Origin: Candidatus Aenigmatarchaeota archaeon
GTDB lineage: Archaea; Aenigmatarchaeota; Aenigmatarchaeia; PWEA01
DNA length: 64,000 nt
Direction of reading: 5' to 3'
NCBI GenBank assembly: GCA_046539325.1
Contig: JBKHHD010000004.1
Coordinates: forward strand, 16,549 to 80,548
Positions 27,847 through 36,534 of the stretch are shown here, piece after piece. Under the pieces are notes generated by a model. The model had not been told where the DNA came from. It did no database searches and saw only the letters and a list, made by a program, of their open reading frames with translations. Each line of letters begins with the position of its first letter. Positions within the stretch are counted from its first letter, which is position 1. The position numbers and the translations under genes were made by a program.

Positions 27847-27996
27847 TTAGGACAGCATCCTGTCCTGGTAGTCCTTTGCCTTGCCTTCTTCGTCCAGTCC
27901 GAGGCCAGAGATATGTGAATGCGAACCTATACGTTCGAACTCCTCGACGTCTTCAGAAACTTCCTCTATTTCTACCACTGTATCACCAATCTTTTT
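27847..27996 (-). pseudogene. remnant of RuvB-like/TIP49 AAA+ protein N-terminus
   Basis: The minus-strand translation (V)VEIEEVSEDVEEFERIGSHSHISGLGLDEEGKAKDYQDRMLS* matches the highly conserved TIP49 N-terminal RI(A/G)SHSH(I/V)(K/R)GLGLDE.G.AK motif. It stops after about 48 codons where the convergent transporter gene ends. Confidence 0.35.
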
Positions 27997-28090
27997 TGAA
28001 AGAGGTTATGACTTAAAAATATTAAGTAAGTTGGGTTACCGAAAATAAAAATAAGAGAAGGAAAGTTTTTAGGAATTTTCTTACTCTTTT

Positions 28091-28306
28091 CTATTCCTTC
28101 CACACCCCCGAAAGAATGGAAAATCCTGTGAGCACTGCAGCCGATAGAACGACATAGTCTCCTGCAGGCTGATATCCTGCGAGTCCTGCTCCGGTCTCCA
28201 CGACGAAGATTACTACGAAAAAGGCCAGTATCGACAGGATAAGCATTACTATAGCGGCGACGATATTACCAGAGATCCCGGAAAGTACCTTTTTGGCAGA
28301 TGCCAT
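28091..28306 (-). CDS. small membrane protein
   Basis: 71 aa, two hydrophobic helices. Confidence 0.4.
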   Translation of the reverse strand: MASAKKVLSGISGNIVAAIVMLILSILAFFVVIFVVETGAGLAGYQPAGDYVVLSAAVLTGFSILSGVWKE

Positions 28307-28370
28307 TTAATCACCCCACTGCTTATTACTTCTTCAGAAATAAAAAATTATCCTTGTATACACGGTGATC

Positions 28371-28856
28371 TTACTTTAATTTGTTCAGAACTTTCTTTAA
28401 TTCCGAAAGGGAGGTAACAATCTTTCCGCCGTTCTCCTTTACGAAGTACTCGACCTGAAGATTCACAGATGTTCCGAGGTTTTCCGAGGAAAGTCTGAAA
28501 TCACTCCTGTAGCCAATAATCTTCTTTCCAATTCCTGCTGCGTAGCCGACTTCTGAGGCCGTGCCACTATCGACATCAGAGCCTTCGAGAATTGCCAAAA
28601 TTAGATCACAGTTTTGAATTGATTTTCTATTCATCTCACCAATTTCTCTGTCCAGTTCAGCCAGTTTATCTCTTCTTTCGTCTATATCCGATATGTTTCC
28701 CAGCTTCTTTACTTTGTCATCAGGGATGTTGCTAAAAGGGTTTATGACATCAAACCCGAGTTCCTCGACTTCAGGGATCAACTCTTCTTGAAGGAAGTAT
28801 CTACCTGGCTCAGAAAAACCCAAAGGATTGGCAAGGTATACCGTCTTCTTATTCAT
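28371..28856 (-). CDS. nucleoside 2-deoxyribosyltransferase / DNPH1(Rcl)-like N-glycosidase family protein
   Basis: VYLANPLGF ... DSGTASEVGYAAGIGKKIIGY matches the NDT/DNPH1 fold signatures. Confidence 0.6.
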   Translation of the reverse strand: MNKKTVYLANPLGFSEPGRYFLQEELIPEVEELGFDVINPFSNIPDDKVKKLGNISDIDERRDKLAELDREIGEMNRKSIQNCDLILAILEGSDVDSGTASEVGYAAGIGKKIIGYRSDFRLSSENLGTSVNLQVEYFVKENGGKIVTSLSELKKVLNKLK

Positions 28857-28877
28857 ACTTATCCAAACTGCTTGAAC

Positions 28878-29456
28878 CTAGTAAGTTTTGTTTTCTGGTA
28901 AACTTTCGTAAAGATTTTCTGATTCCAAGTAGTTTCCGCCCATTTCTTTGAAATCCTTTGAAAGAATTTTTTCGAAGTCTGTTTCTTCGAGTATATCTTC
29001 ACATTCATCCAAGGCCTCGTAAACTTCTCTGTATCTTTCAGTGATTTCATCTGAGAAATATCCAGATTCAAAGCCTCCCATAAAAAAATCGTAAAGGTTC
29101 TCATGCTCAGGATAAGAGCTTTCAAAAGGCGTATACTTAGAGGCTTGACCTTCCATCAGTTCGGCATATAGATTCTTCTCTTCGGGGCTGAAATTACGGC
29201 CAGACATTCTTTCGTACTGCAATGGATGTATTCCTTCATGGATTGCTGTGAAATTCTCCCTTTCAGTACCAAGGTAATCACTGTTTATGGCCACCGTTCC
29301 GTTTATAGGTGAATAAACGCCAACTACGTTTTCAGGAACCCCGGCGTCTTCGGCATCAAAGGTTCCCACGGAGGTTATGTAATCCTCCACATTGAGTTCT
29401 TCAGTAACAGTATTTACCTTTTCTGCAAAGGTCTCGTTTCCGTAATTCTCCTTCAT
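28878..29456 (-). CDS. putative zinc metallopeptidase-like protein (HExxH)
   Basis: HEGIHP motif; no other family assignment possible. Confidence 0.35.
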   Translation of the reverse strand: MKENYGNETFAEKVNTVTEELNVEDYITSVGTFDAEDAGVPENVVGVYSPINGTVAINSDYLGTERENFTAIHEGIHPLQYERMSGRNFSPEEKNLYAELMEGQASKYTPFESSYPEHENLYDFFMGGFESGYFSDEITERYREVYEALDECEDILEETDFEKILSKDFKEMGGNYLESENLYESLPENKTY

Positions 29457-29473
29457 TTTATCACAAAGCTATC

Positions 29474-29881
29474 TCATATTTTTCTTAAAAACTTCCTACC
29501 TGAAACTACCAAAAGTATCGTTGAAACCATGGGGAGAAAACTTATTAAGCGTACTCCAATATTCGGCTGTGTCAGCTCAAAGAAGCCAGGACGTCCAAGG
29601 ATTCCAAGAGAAGTGAAGATAACAGCAGATGAAAAGAGGAGATAGCTTCCTGTAAACTTTCTATTTCTTATGTAATCCGAGGCTACAAAGAGAGCTAGTA
29701 ATGAAAAGACAAGTCCTATGGTTCCCGAAGCACTCAACACTTTTTCGCCTGTTCTAAAGAGTCCAATCCCGAAATCAAAGAGCGAGGAAAGGATTCCTAA
29801 AAAGGAACCTAAGACTGCATATCCAAACTCTCTGGATATTATTATCTGACATTTTCCGCTGATCCTTTGAAATTCTGTCAT
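29474..29881 (-). CDS. membrane protein, hypothetical
   Basis: 135 aa, 4 predicted TM helices. Confidence 0.45.
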   Translation of the reverse strand: MTEFQRISGKCQIIISREFGYAVLGSFLGILSSLFDFGIGLFRTGEKVLSASGTIGLVFSLLALFVASDYIRNRKFTGSYLLFSSAVIFTSLGILGRPGFFELTQPNIGVRLISFLPMVSTILLVVSGRKFLRKI

Positions 29882-29982
29882 ATTAAACTAGTTGAAGTTT
29901 AGAAGGTAAAATTTATAAGATTTGCTTAGGCTCCCGGCTCTAAAAGGGGGAAAATTATAAGGATCGGGAACAACTTAAAAAC

Positions 29983-30189
29983 ATGGCTCCGGAGAAAAGG
30001 CTTTACAGAACAGAAGATAATAGGATATTGGGTGGTGTCTGTGGTGGGATAGCTGAGTACTTCGACGTGGATCCAACATTGATCAGGCTTCTTTGGGTAG
30101 GATTTTCCCTCGCCTTCGGTGGAGGGCTCCTTGCATATATAATAGCTCTAATTATAATCCCGAAAAAATCAGATGTAGTTGAGAATTAA
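29983..30189 (+). CDS. PspC-domain membrane protein
   Basis: LYRTEDNRILGGVCGGIAEYFDVDPTLIRLLWV is the PspC signature; one TM helix. Confidence 0.8.
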   Translation: MAPEKRLYRTEDNRILGGVCGGIAEYFDVDPTLIRLLWVGFSLAFGGGLLAYIIALIIIPKKSDVVEN

Positions 30190-30423
30190 AGTCCAGTACT
30201 GTTCTTCCGTGAACCTACTCATCTTCCTGGTTATCAGATCTCCGTGAAATAGCCATACTTTATTACCAAAATCAAAAACTTTTTAAAAAACCAAGTCTGA
30301 TTTCAAAGCTTAAAACTATCCGTTTCTCAGTCCAGGAAAACAAATCAAAGCATGAGGCCAATATATTCCGTAGCCCTTTGATTGTAGCTTACCTCAGAAC
30401 TTCTTTTATTTCCTCAATAAGCG

Positions 30424-30654
30424 TTAAATTTCAGGTTCTTCTATTTTCCTTATACTTGATAACTTTTCCAAGTATTCATCGAGAGAATAGTCAGTATTCT
30501 GTATGTCGGTTATCTTATTGTCGTCATTTTTGGAACCAATTCTTTCACAGTCTCCTTTTTTCTCCGCCTTTAAAATTGGGTCAAAGTATCCTATGCTCTG
30601 AAGTCCCGGAACGTTCGAATTTCGAGAAAGGGTTTCAGGCGCCATAGATACCAT
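30424..30654 (-). CDS. hypothetical small protein
   Basis: 76-aa ORF in an otherwise ORF-poor AT-rich stretch; weak. Confidence 0.2.
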   Translation of the reverse strand: MVSMAPETLSRNSNVPGLQSIGYFDPILKAEKKGDCERIGSKNDDNKITDIQNTDYSLDEYLEKLSSIRKIEEPEI

Positions 30655-30761
30655 CTAATGTAGTTATTGTTCTTTAATTTATTTAAAATTTCACATATTA
30701 ATACGAAATTCGTAATATTCAGGTATTTCAGAAATTTAAGCCTTGAACGGTAAGTAAGGGT

Positions 30762-31238
30762 ATGAAGTACGTCAAACCGCTCAAGCTGGCCCTTTCAATA
30801 CTTATCAGTCTTAGCGCCGGCTTCATAGGCTCCTTCTTCACTGCGCAAACCGTGGATACGTGGTACGCAGGACTAGAGTTGCCAAGGTTTGCACCCCCGG
30901 GCTACATTATAAGTGTTATCTGGATTGTTCTGTATGTTCTCATGGGCATAGCTCTCTACCTCGTACTTACAAAGGATATCTCAGAGAGAAACGTTCAACT
31001 GGCTATTGGTGTATTTGGAGTCCAGCTCTTCCTTAACGCTATATGGTCCTATCTTTTCTTCGGACTTACTTCACCTCTTTACGGCCTAATAGGAATCATA
31101 GCTCTCTGGATAGCTGTAGCCTCTACCATCTACACATTTCAGGAAGTTTCAAAGAAAGCGTCCTACCTCCTTTACCCGTACATAATCTGGGTCACTATAG
31201 CTCTGATCTTGAACTACTTGATATACGTTATGAACTAA
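30762..31238 (+). CDS. tspO: TspO/MBR tryptophan-rich sensory protein
   Basis: 5-TM pattern with W/Y-rich loops (DTWYAGLELPRFAPPG..., AIWSYLFFGL). Confidence 0.85.
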   Translation: MKYVKPLKLALSILISLSAGFIGSFFTAQTVDTWYAGLELPRFAPPGYIISVIWIVLYVLMGIALYLVLTKDISERNVQLAIGVFGVQLFLNAIWSYLFFGLTSPLYGLIGIIALWIAVASTIYTFQEVSKKASYLLYPYIIWVTIALILNYLIYVMN

Positions 31239-31257
31239 TTTATTACCTAGAAAGAAA

Positions 31258-31932
31258 TCATCTAGACTTTAACTCTCTCTGCTCCATGTAAGAACCTACA
31301 TTGCTCTCATCCTGGATTTCTGGCCAGAAATTTTTAGACTCATAGTCCTTTGGAATCTTGTCTTCTTCCTTCAGGATCTCAAATATCTCGTGTCTGTAGT
31401 TATTCAAGAGCTTAGCATCATCAAGGTCCTGCTCTCGACTTTTTTCAGAACGGGTAACAGTATCGTTGTATGCCTTTTTCTTGGCCCTGATAAGCTGGTC
31501 TGGATTGGGAACATTAAGATCAAGATTCTCTATCTCTGGAAAGTCTTCATTGAAGTCAACCGTTAGTTCCTTCTCTTTTTCTAGATCATCCATAAATGGA
31601 TAGTCGGTTATAAGGTCTATGAATGTCTCAGGTTTTCCAGGATTGGGGACCCTTGCCTCAGAAATTTTATCCCTCGGGAGGCGGGCGCCGCTCCTACCTG
31701 CGCTAAAATTATATTCCTCGGCCAGTTCAAAGACAGGAAGAATATCGTTCGTTGCAATATCTACGTCATCGGTTTCTCTGTATTTATGCACTTCGCCTTC
31801 GCCTTTTGTCTTTTCTAATAAATATCTAAATGCTATTCCACCGACAAGATAGCCTTGAATTTCTTTTCCATGGTCACCAAGAACTTCGTCAAACTCCTCT
31901 ATCGTTTCGTAAGCTTCATCCCAGGTTTTCAT
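31258..31932 (-). CDS. AbiEii/AbiGii-like nucleotidyltransferase-fold protein, solitary
   Basis: YLVGGIAFRYLL ... YRETDDVDIA resembles the GG(T/S)AL ... R.S.D(L/I)D motif of the AbiEii family; tentative. Confidence 0.35.
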   Translation of the reverse strand: MKTWDEAYETIEEFDEVLGDHGKEIQGYLVGGIAFRYLLEKTKGEGEVHKYRETDDVDIATNDILPVFELAEEYNFSAGRSGARLPRDKISEARVPNPGKPETFIDLITDYPFMDDLEKEKELTVDFNEDFPEIENLDLNVPNPDQLIRAKKKAYNDTVTRSEKSREQDLDDAKLLNNYRHEIFEILKEEDKIPKDYESKNFWPEIQDESNVGSYMEQRELKSR

Positions 31933-32108
31933 AGTAATTACTTATCAGTAACAATATATAAAACTTTTCTTTGTTGTGATCCGCACCTTCTAACCTTATA
32001 TTATCTTTCTACTTTATAGTTTATTAATAACTTGAGCAGAAATGGCCTTGCCTTTCGCCCATATTTAAATATTACAACCCATAAACCATACACATCTAAG
32101 GCGGTAGC

Positions 32109-33614
32109 ATGTCCGAGGAAACTAAAGACAAGGAGAAGGAAAAGCTGAAAAATCTTCAGAAACTCAGCGAGAGAGGAATGAATCCCTACGATTCTTATAG
32201 ATACGATAGAACGCACACCTGCCAGGAGATAGTCGACGAATTTGAGAAACTTCAAGGCAGTCGAGCAAAGGTCTGCGGAAGAATAGTTGCTATACGGGAA
32301 CACGGAAAGATAATATTCATGGATATTAAAGACAGGAGTGGTACTTTACAAGTTGTATTGAGGAAGGATGAGGTGGGTGAAGGCTTCGAAAACCTAAGCC
32401 TTCTTGGAAGAGGCGACTTTCTGGGCGTCGAGGGAGAAGTAGACAAGACCAGTCACGGTGAGAAATCGGTCATGGCCGAAAGTTTCAAAATCCTCTCAAA
32501 GGCCCTTAGAGATATTCCGCCCAGAGGACAGAAGCTTGAGAATCCAGAAAAGAGGTACAGGCAGCGTTATCTTGACCTTATATCCAACGAGGAGACGAAG
32601 GAAGTCTTCAGGAAGAGACATGAAACCACAAAGGCTATGAAGGAGTTTCTCCACAAGAAGGAGTTCATAGAAGTCGAGACGCCTATCCTGCAGGAAATAT
32701 ACGGCGGAGCTCTGGCAAGACCTTTCAAGACCTATCATAATACTTTGGATCGTGAATTCTACCTGAGGATATCAGACGAGCTGTACCTAAAAAGGCTTAT
32801 AGTCGGGGACTACGAGAAGGTCTACGAGATCGTCAAGGACTTCCGAAACGAGGGAATCGACACCACACATAATCCCGAATTCACACAGATGGAGTGCTAC
32901 TGGGCCTTTGCCGATTACAAAGATATGATGGGTCTTACGGAAGAGATGATTTCATATATAGCTAAAGAGGTTCTAGGTACTACGAAGTTGGAGTACAACG
33001 GCAAAGAGATAGATCTCTCGACACCGTGGGAGAGAATAACCATGCTCGAAGGGTTGAAGGAGTACGCAGGAATAGATGCGGACGGAATGACGAGAAAGGA
33101 GCTGGCTATAAAGGCTGAAAATAACGGCCTTGAAGTCGATAAAAACGACTTTTGGGGCGATCTAGTCGCTTTACTGTTTGAAGAGCTTGTTGAAGAGGAG
33201 TTGGTACAGCCCACTTTTGTATATGACTACCCTGTCGAGATCTCACCACTTGCGAAGAGGAAGAGGGGCGACGACAGGCTTACGGAAAGGTTTGAAATAT
33301 TTATAGCAGGTGATGAATTCGGAAATGCTTACTCCGAGCTTAACAACCCGATAGAACAGAAGAAGCGCTTCGAGGAACAGATGAAGTTGAGAGAAGAAGG
33401 AGATATGGAAGCTCACGGAATGGATAAGGACTATATACGCGCTTTAGAATACGGAATGCCTCCTACTGCTGGCCTCGGTATAGGTATAGATCGACTTGTT
33501 ATGTTGTTTACAGACAAACAGTCTATAAAGGAGGTCATAGCCTTTCCACAGATGGCAGAGGAGGAAGGAGAGATAGAGCTTCGCAGCGATAAAGTAGACG
33601 GGGAGAATTTTTAG
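32109..33614 (+). CDS. lysS: lysyl-tRNA synthetase, class II
   Basis: N-terminal OB anticodon-binding domain and class II motif 2 FRNEGIDTTHNPEFTQMECYWAF; 501 aa. Confidence 0.9.
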   Translation: MSEETKDKEKEKLKNLQKLSERGMNPYDSYRYDRTHTCQEIVDEFEKLQGSRAKVCGRIVAIREHGKIIFMDIKDRSGTLQVVLRKDEVGEGFENLSLLGRGDFLGVEGEVDKTSHGEKSVMAESFKILSKALRDIPPRGQKLENPEKRYRQRYLDLISNEETKEVFRKRHETTKAMKEFLHKKEFIEVETPILQEIYGGALARPFKTYHNTLDREFYLRISDELYLKRLIVGDYEKVYEIVKDFRNEGIDTTHNPEFTQMECYWAFADYKDMMGLTEEMISYIAKEVLGTTKLEYNGKEIDLSTPWERITMLEGLKEYAGIDADGMTRKELAIKAENNGLEVDKNDFWGDLVALLFEELVEEELVQPTFVYDYPVEISPLAKRKRGDDRLTERFEIFIAGDEFGNAYSELNNPIEQKKRFEEQMKLREEGDMEAHGMDKDYIRALEYGMPPTAGLGIGIDRLVMLFTDKQSIKEVIAFPQMAEEEGEIELRSDKVDGENF

Positions 33615-33650
33615 TTTTATATAGAAAATCAAGCAAACGAAGTACTTATC

Positions 33651-34202
33651 ATGAGCCTTTTTACTGCAATACAGTCGATCACAGGAAACAGTGCCTTGAA
33701 TAGCCTTATGGTATTTTCTGCTAAGTATCTTGTCCTTGTAGTCCCTGTTTCTCTCATCTATCTATGGATATCCAAGAGAGATGAAAACGGAAGATCCGAC
33801 TCCTTGTTTAGTTTCTTCAATGTTTTATTAGGGCTTGTTATATCATACATTATAGGAATCTTTTATTTCCACGGAACGCCTTACATGCAGGGATTTGATA
33901 CCATACTAACGGATGCAGCTGAGAACTCCTTTCCGAGCCAACACACGACTGTAGTTTTCTCACTAGTCTGGTCCCTTGTCTACAAACAAAGGAAGAAGCT
34001 ATCCTGGATAGCCGGGTCTGCGGCTGTGCTGACAGGATTCGCAAGGATCTACACAGGTCTACACTTTCCTATAGATATCATTGGAGGGATAGGAGCCTCG
34101 GTTCTGGGTTTTCTTATATCCCTTTGTCTTGAAGGTTACATGAAAAGGATCTCTGAATTTATTGAAGCTCTTGAAGAAAGGATACTATCGAGGCTACAGT
34201 AA
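33651..34202 (+). CDS. PAP2 family phosphatase (undecaprenyl-diphosphatase-like)
   Basis: PSQHT ... ARIYTGLHFPIDIIGG motifs; multiple TM helices. Confidence 0.75.
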   Translation: MSLFTAIQSITGNSALNSLMVFSAKYLVLVVPVSLIYLWISKRDENGRSDSLFSFFNVLLGLVISYIIGIFYFHGTPYMQGFDTILTDAAENSFPSQHTTVVFSLVWSLVYKQRKKLSWIAGSAAVLTGFARIYTGLHFPIDIIGGIGASVLGFLISLCLEGYMKRISEFIEALEERILSRLQ

Positions 34203-34243
34203 GCTTTAAAAACAAAAAGAAAAAGACATCTGACGGTGATGGG

Positions 34244-35005
34244 ATGCTCTGGTATCTGACAATACTTTCAATACTATCGACTCTGTCTGCTGTAATAATT
34301 TTCATATTCCTCTTACTCAGAAAAGAGCATCTACAGTCATTCAAATTCTTCCTTCTTGGAATATTCCTAATGATAATAGATTTTTTAGTAGAATACACAG
34401 GAACTAGCCGAGGTATGTGGACCTACCACCAGTCTATGTTTTTCATAAAAGGCCTGGTCCCCATAGAACTAATGTTCCTTTTCTTTTCAGCAGGTGTATT
34501 AGCTGCATTCTTCCATACAAAGATAAGCAAAATAGAAACGCCAATCAGAATAGATTTCATCCTCTATTTTTTCATTTTAGTCACCTTTCTGCACTATATA
34601 CGTAGTATCTATATGACGGGCAGCGGGGATCTCCTCTACTTGTCCATAACCATAGGCCTTTGGGGTCTTTACAATATCTCGGAGAAGAACAAAGAAAGTG
34701 CTCTCATGCTCGCCTTTCTGGCTGCAGTGTTGGACTTCGTAGCTGAAAAAATAGTAATAGGTGCAGGAGGATATAGTTACCAGCATGGCTTCGACATCTC
34801 GATTCCGATACTATATGCACTCCTGACCCTTGGCCTGCTCGCAGTACTTGAGAAAATGGACAAGCTGGACGAGCTTCTCGAGCATCCTCTAGTTAAAAGA
34901 ATTCTGAAGACAGTGGGCGTGAAAAGGGAAAAATACAAGGACAAGTTCAACAACATCAAGGAAAGACTCGAGGAAAAGATGAAAGAAAAGAGTGGACTGG
35001 TCTAA
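34244..35005 (+). CDS. polytopic membrane protein, hypothetical
   Basis: 253 aa, 6-7 hydrophobic helices. Confidence 0.5.
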   Translation: MLWYLTILSILSTLSAVIIFIFLLLRKEHLQSFKFFLLGIFLMIIDFLVEYTGTSRGMWTYHQSMFFIKGLVPIELMFLFFSAGVLAAFFHTKISKIETPIRIDFILYFFILVTFLHYIRSIYMTGSGDLLYLSITIGLWGLYNISEKNKESALMLAFLAAVLDFVAEKIVIGAGGYSYQHGFDISIPILYALLTLGLLAVLEKMDKLDELLEHPLVKRILKTVGVKREKYKDKFNNIKERLEEKMKEKSGLV

Positions 35006-35039
35006 TGTACCTTTAGTCAAGGATGAACCAGTTTTGGTT

Positions 35040-35400
35040 ACTTATTCTACAGACCTGCTTTGTGGTACTCAATAAAGATCGCAAGGGTATAATGACACCT
35101 TTGAAGGAGAAGGATTCCTTGAATGCGTCATAAATGCGGGGTTCATTTTCAGAGCCTTCAACCCATCAGGGACCTGTACTGGTTTTCCTTGCCTTCGTCT
35201 AATTTCCCTGTGGTGAATTCATTCTTTCCCTCGTCCTTGAGGTCTTGAAGAACCATCAGCATTTTATAGCGCGGAGGCTCTGAATCAGGGTTTGCGACTT
35301 CCTCGGTAATATCTTCTATCGTAAAGCTTCCTTCATTGTATTTGTTCCCGATTACATCTCTAACGCTTTTTTTTCAGTTCTCCGTTTATCTCGTAACACT
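35040..35400 (-). pseudogene. frameshifted gene remnant (unknown family)
   Basis: Two protein-like minus-strand segments (...TIEDITEEVANPDSEPPRYKMLMVLQDLKDEGKNEFTTGKLDEGKENQYRSLMG* and, in the +1 frame, EGSENEPRIYDAFKESFSFKGVIIPLRSLLSTTKQ...). There is no intact start codon and an A8 homopolymer sits at 35371-35382. Confidence 0.25.
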
Positions 35401-35514
35401 TAACCACTAAGCACACCTCTTATGCATTGTTGAGAGATAAGCTTAAATATCTCAATAATCTTCTCATCAGATCCTCAAATTTTTAGTAAGTTGAAAACAA
35501 AATAATGTAACACT

Positions 35515-35658
35515 ATGACGAAAAAGTTTTTCGAATGTCAGGTCTGTGGGGATATCCACTACGGTGAGGCGGGTCCAGCTATCTGCCCAACCTGTGGCTC
35601 AGAGGAAGCGTACGAAGAGACTGAGGAAATAGAAGCAAGGGAGGCGATGGGCCTCTGA
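35515..35658 (+). CDS. rubredoxin-like zinc-ribbon mini-protein (47 aa), absent from the ORF track
   Basis: MTKKFFECQVCGDIHYGEAGPAICPTCGSEEAYEETEEIEAREAMGL; CxxC...CxxC. Its stop overlaps the start of the next gene (ATGA). Confidence 0.55.
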   Translation: MTKKFFECQVCGDIHYGEAGPAICPTCGSEEAYEETEEIEAREAMGL

Positions 35659-36374
35659 TGAAGACCGAAGCAGAGATTAAAAAGATAAGTGAGGAGACAC
35701 ATGACGTTAAGACCTTTAGACTTGATCCGGAAAAAACTGTAGACTTTACACCCGGACAGTACTGCTTAGTTTCAATAATTGGTTCTGAGGAACACAAAGG
35801 AACGGAAAAACCCTTCACTTATGCCAACTCGCCTATGGAGAACTACGTGGAGCTAGCTATAAAGAAAATCGGCGAGTTCACGGCAGCTCTCCATAACTTG
35901 GAAGAAGGAGACAAGCTGCTTCTGGACGGCCCAAGAGGTGAGTCGTTGAATTTTGACGAAACTGTGGAAGAGGATGTTGTTTTCCTTGCCGGAGGTTCGG
36001 GTATAACTCCTTTCATCTCTGCGATCCGCTACTCAATAGATAAAGAACTTTCTAATAAAATGACGGTTATATTCAGCAACCGGACCGAGGAGGATATAAT
36101 TTACAGAGAAGAACTGCAAAATATCAACAATCGGAAAAAAATAAAAGTGGTTAACACGCTGACCGATAATTGGCCTGAGGACTGGGAGGGGGAGACGGGA
36201 CTGATAGATAATGAAATGTTAGAAAGACATGTAAAAGGTGTCAAGGACAAAATCTGGTACATCTGCGGTCCGCCGCCGATGATAGACGACATGGAAGATC
36301 TGCTGCTATCGAAAGACGTACCTCAGGAAAGGCTTAGATACGAGAACTGGATGATCCCTGGTAAGGGAAATTAA
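35658..36374 (+). CDS. FNR-like FAD/NAD(P)-binding oxidoreductase
   Basis: FAD-binding RxYS-like FTYANSP, NAD motif GGSGITPF, C-terminal CGPPPM; no Fe-S domain. Confidence 0.75.
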   Translation: MKTEAEIKKISEETHDVKTFRLDPEKTVDFTPGQYCLVSIIGSEEHKGTEKPFTYANSPMENYVELAIKKIGEFTAALHNLEEGDKLLLDGPRGESLNFDETVEEDVVFLAGGSGITPFISAIRYSIDKELSNKMTVIFSNRTEEDIIYREELQNINNRKKIKVVNTLTDNWPEDWEGETGLIDNEMLERHVKGVKDKIWYICGPPPMIDDMEDLLLSKDVPQERLRYENWMIPGKGN

Positions 36375-36534
36375 CTTTTTTCACCGTTTGGAGTAAACTA
36401 TTAAATCAGAAAAGATGTCATACGCTTCCTCCTTTTCACCGTAAGGAGGAAACATTTCCAAAGTAGTCTGCAGCCCTTCTTCATAAATTCTTGTTTTTTC
36501 ACTTAGTTCTTTCTTCCCACTTCCCATTTCCACA

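Noticed and set aside
27850-27865. Inverted repeat ggacag-catc-ctgtcc just after the SNF transporter stop, considered as a terminator
   Set aside because: Archaeal termination usually relies on oligo-T tracts, and none follows. The hairpin overlaps the TIP49-like remnant and may be incidental.
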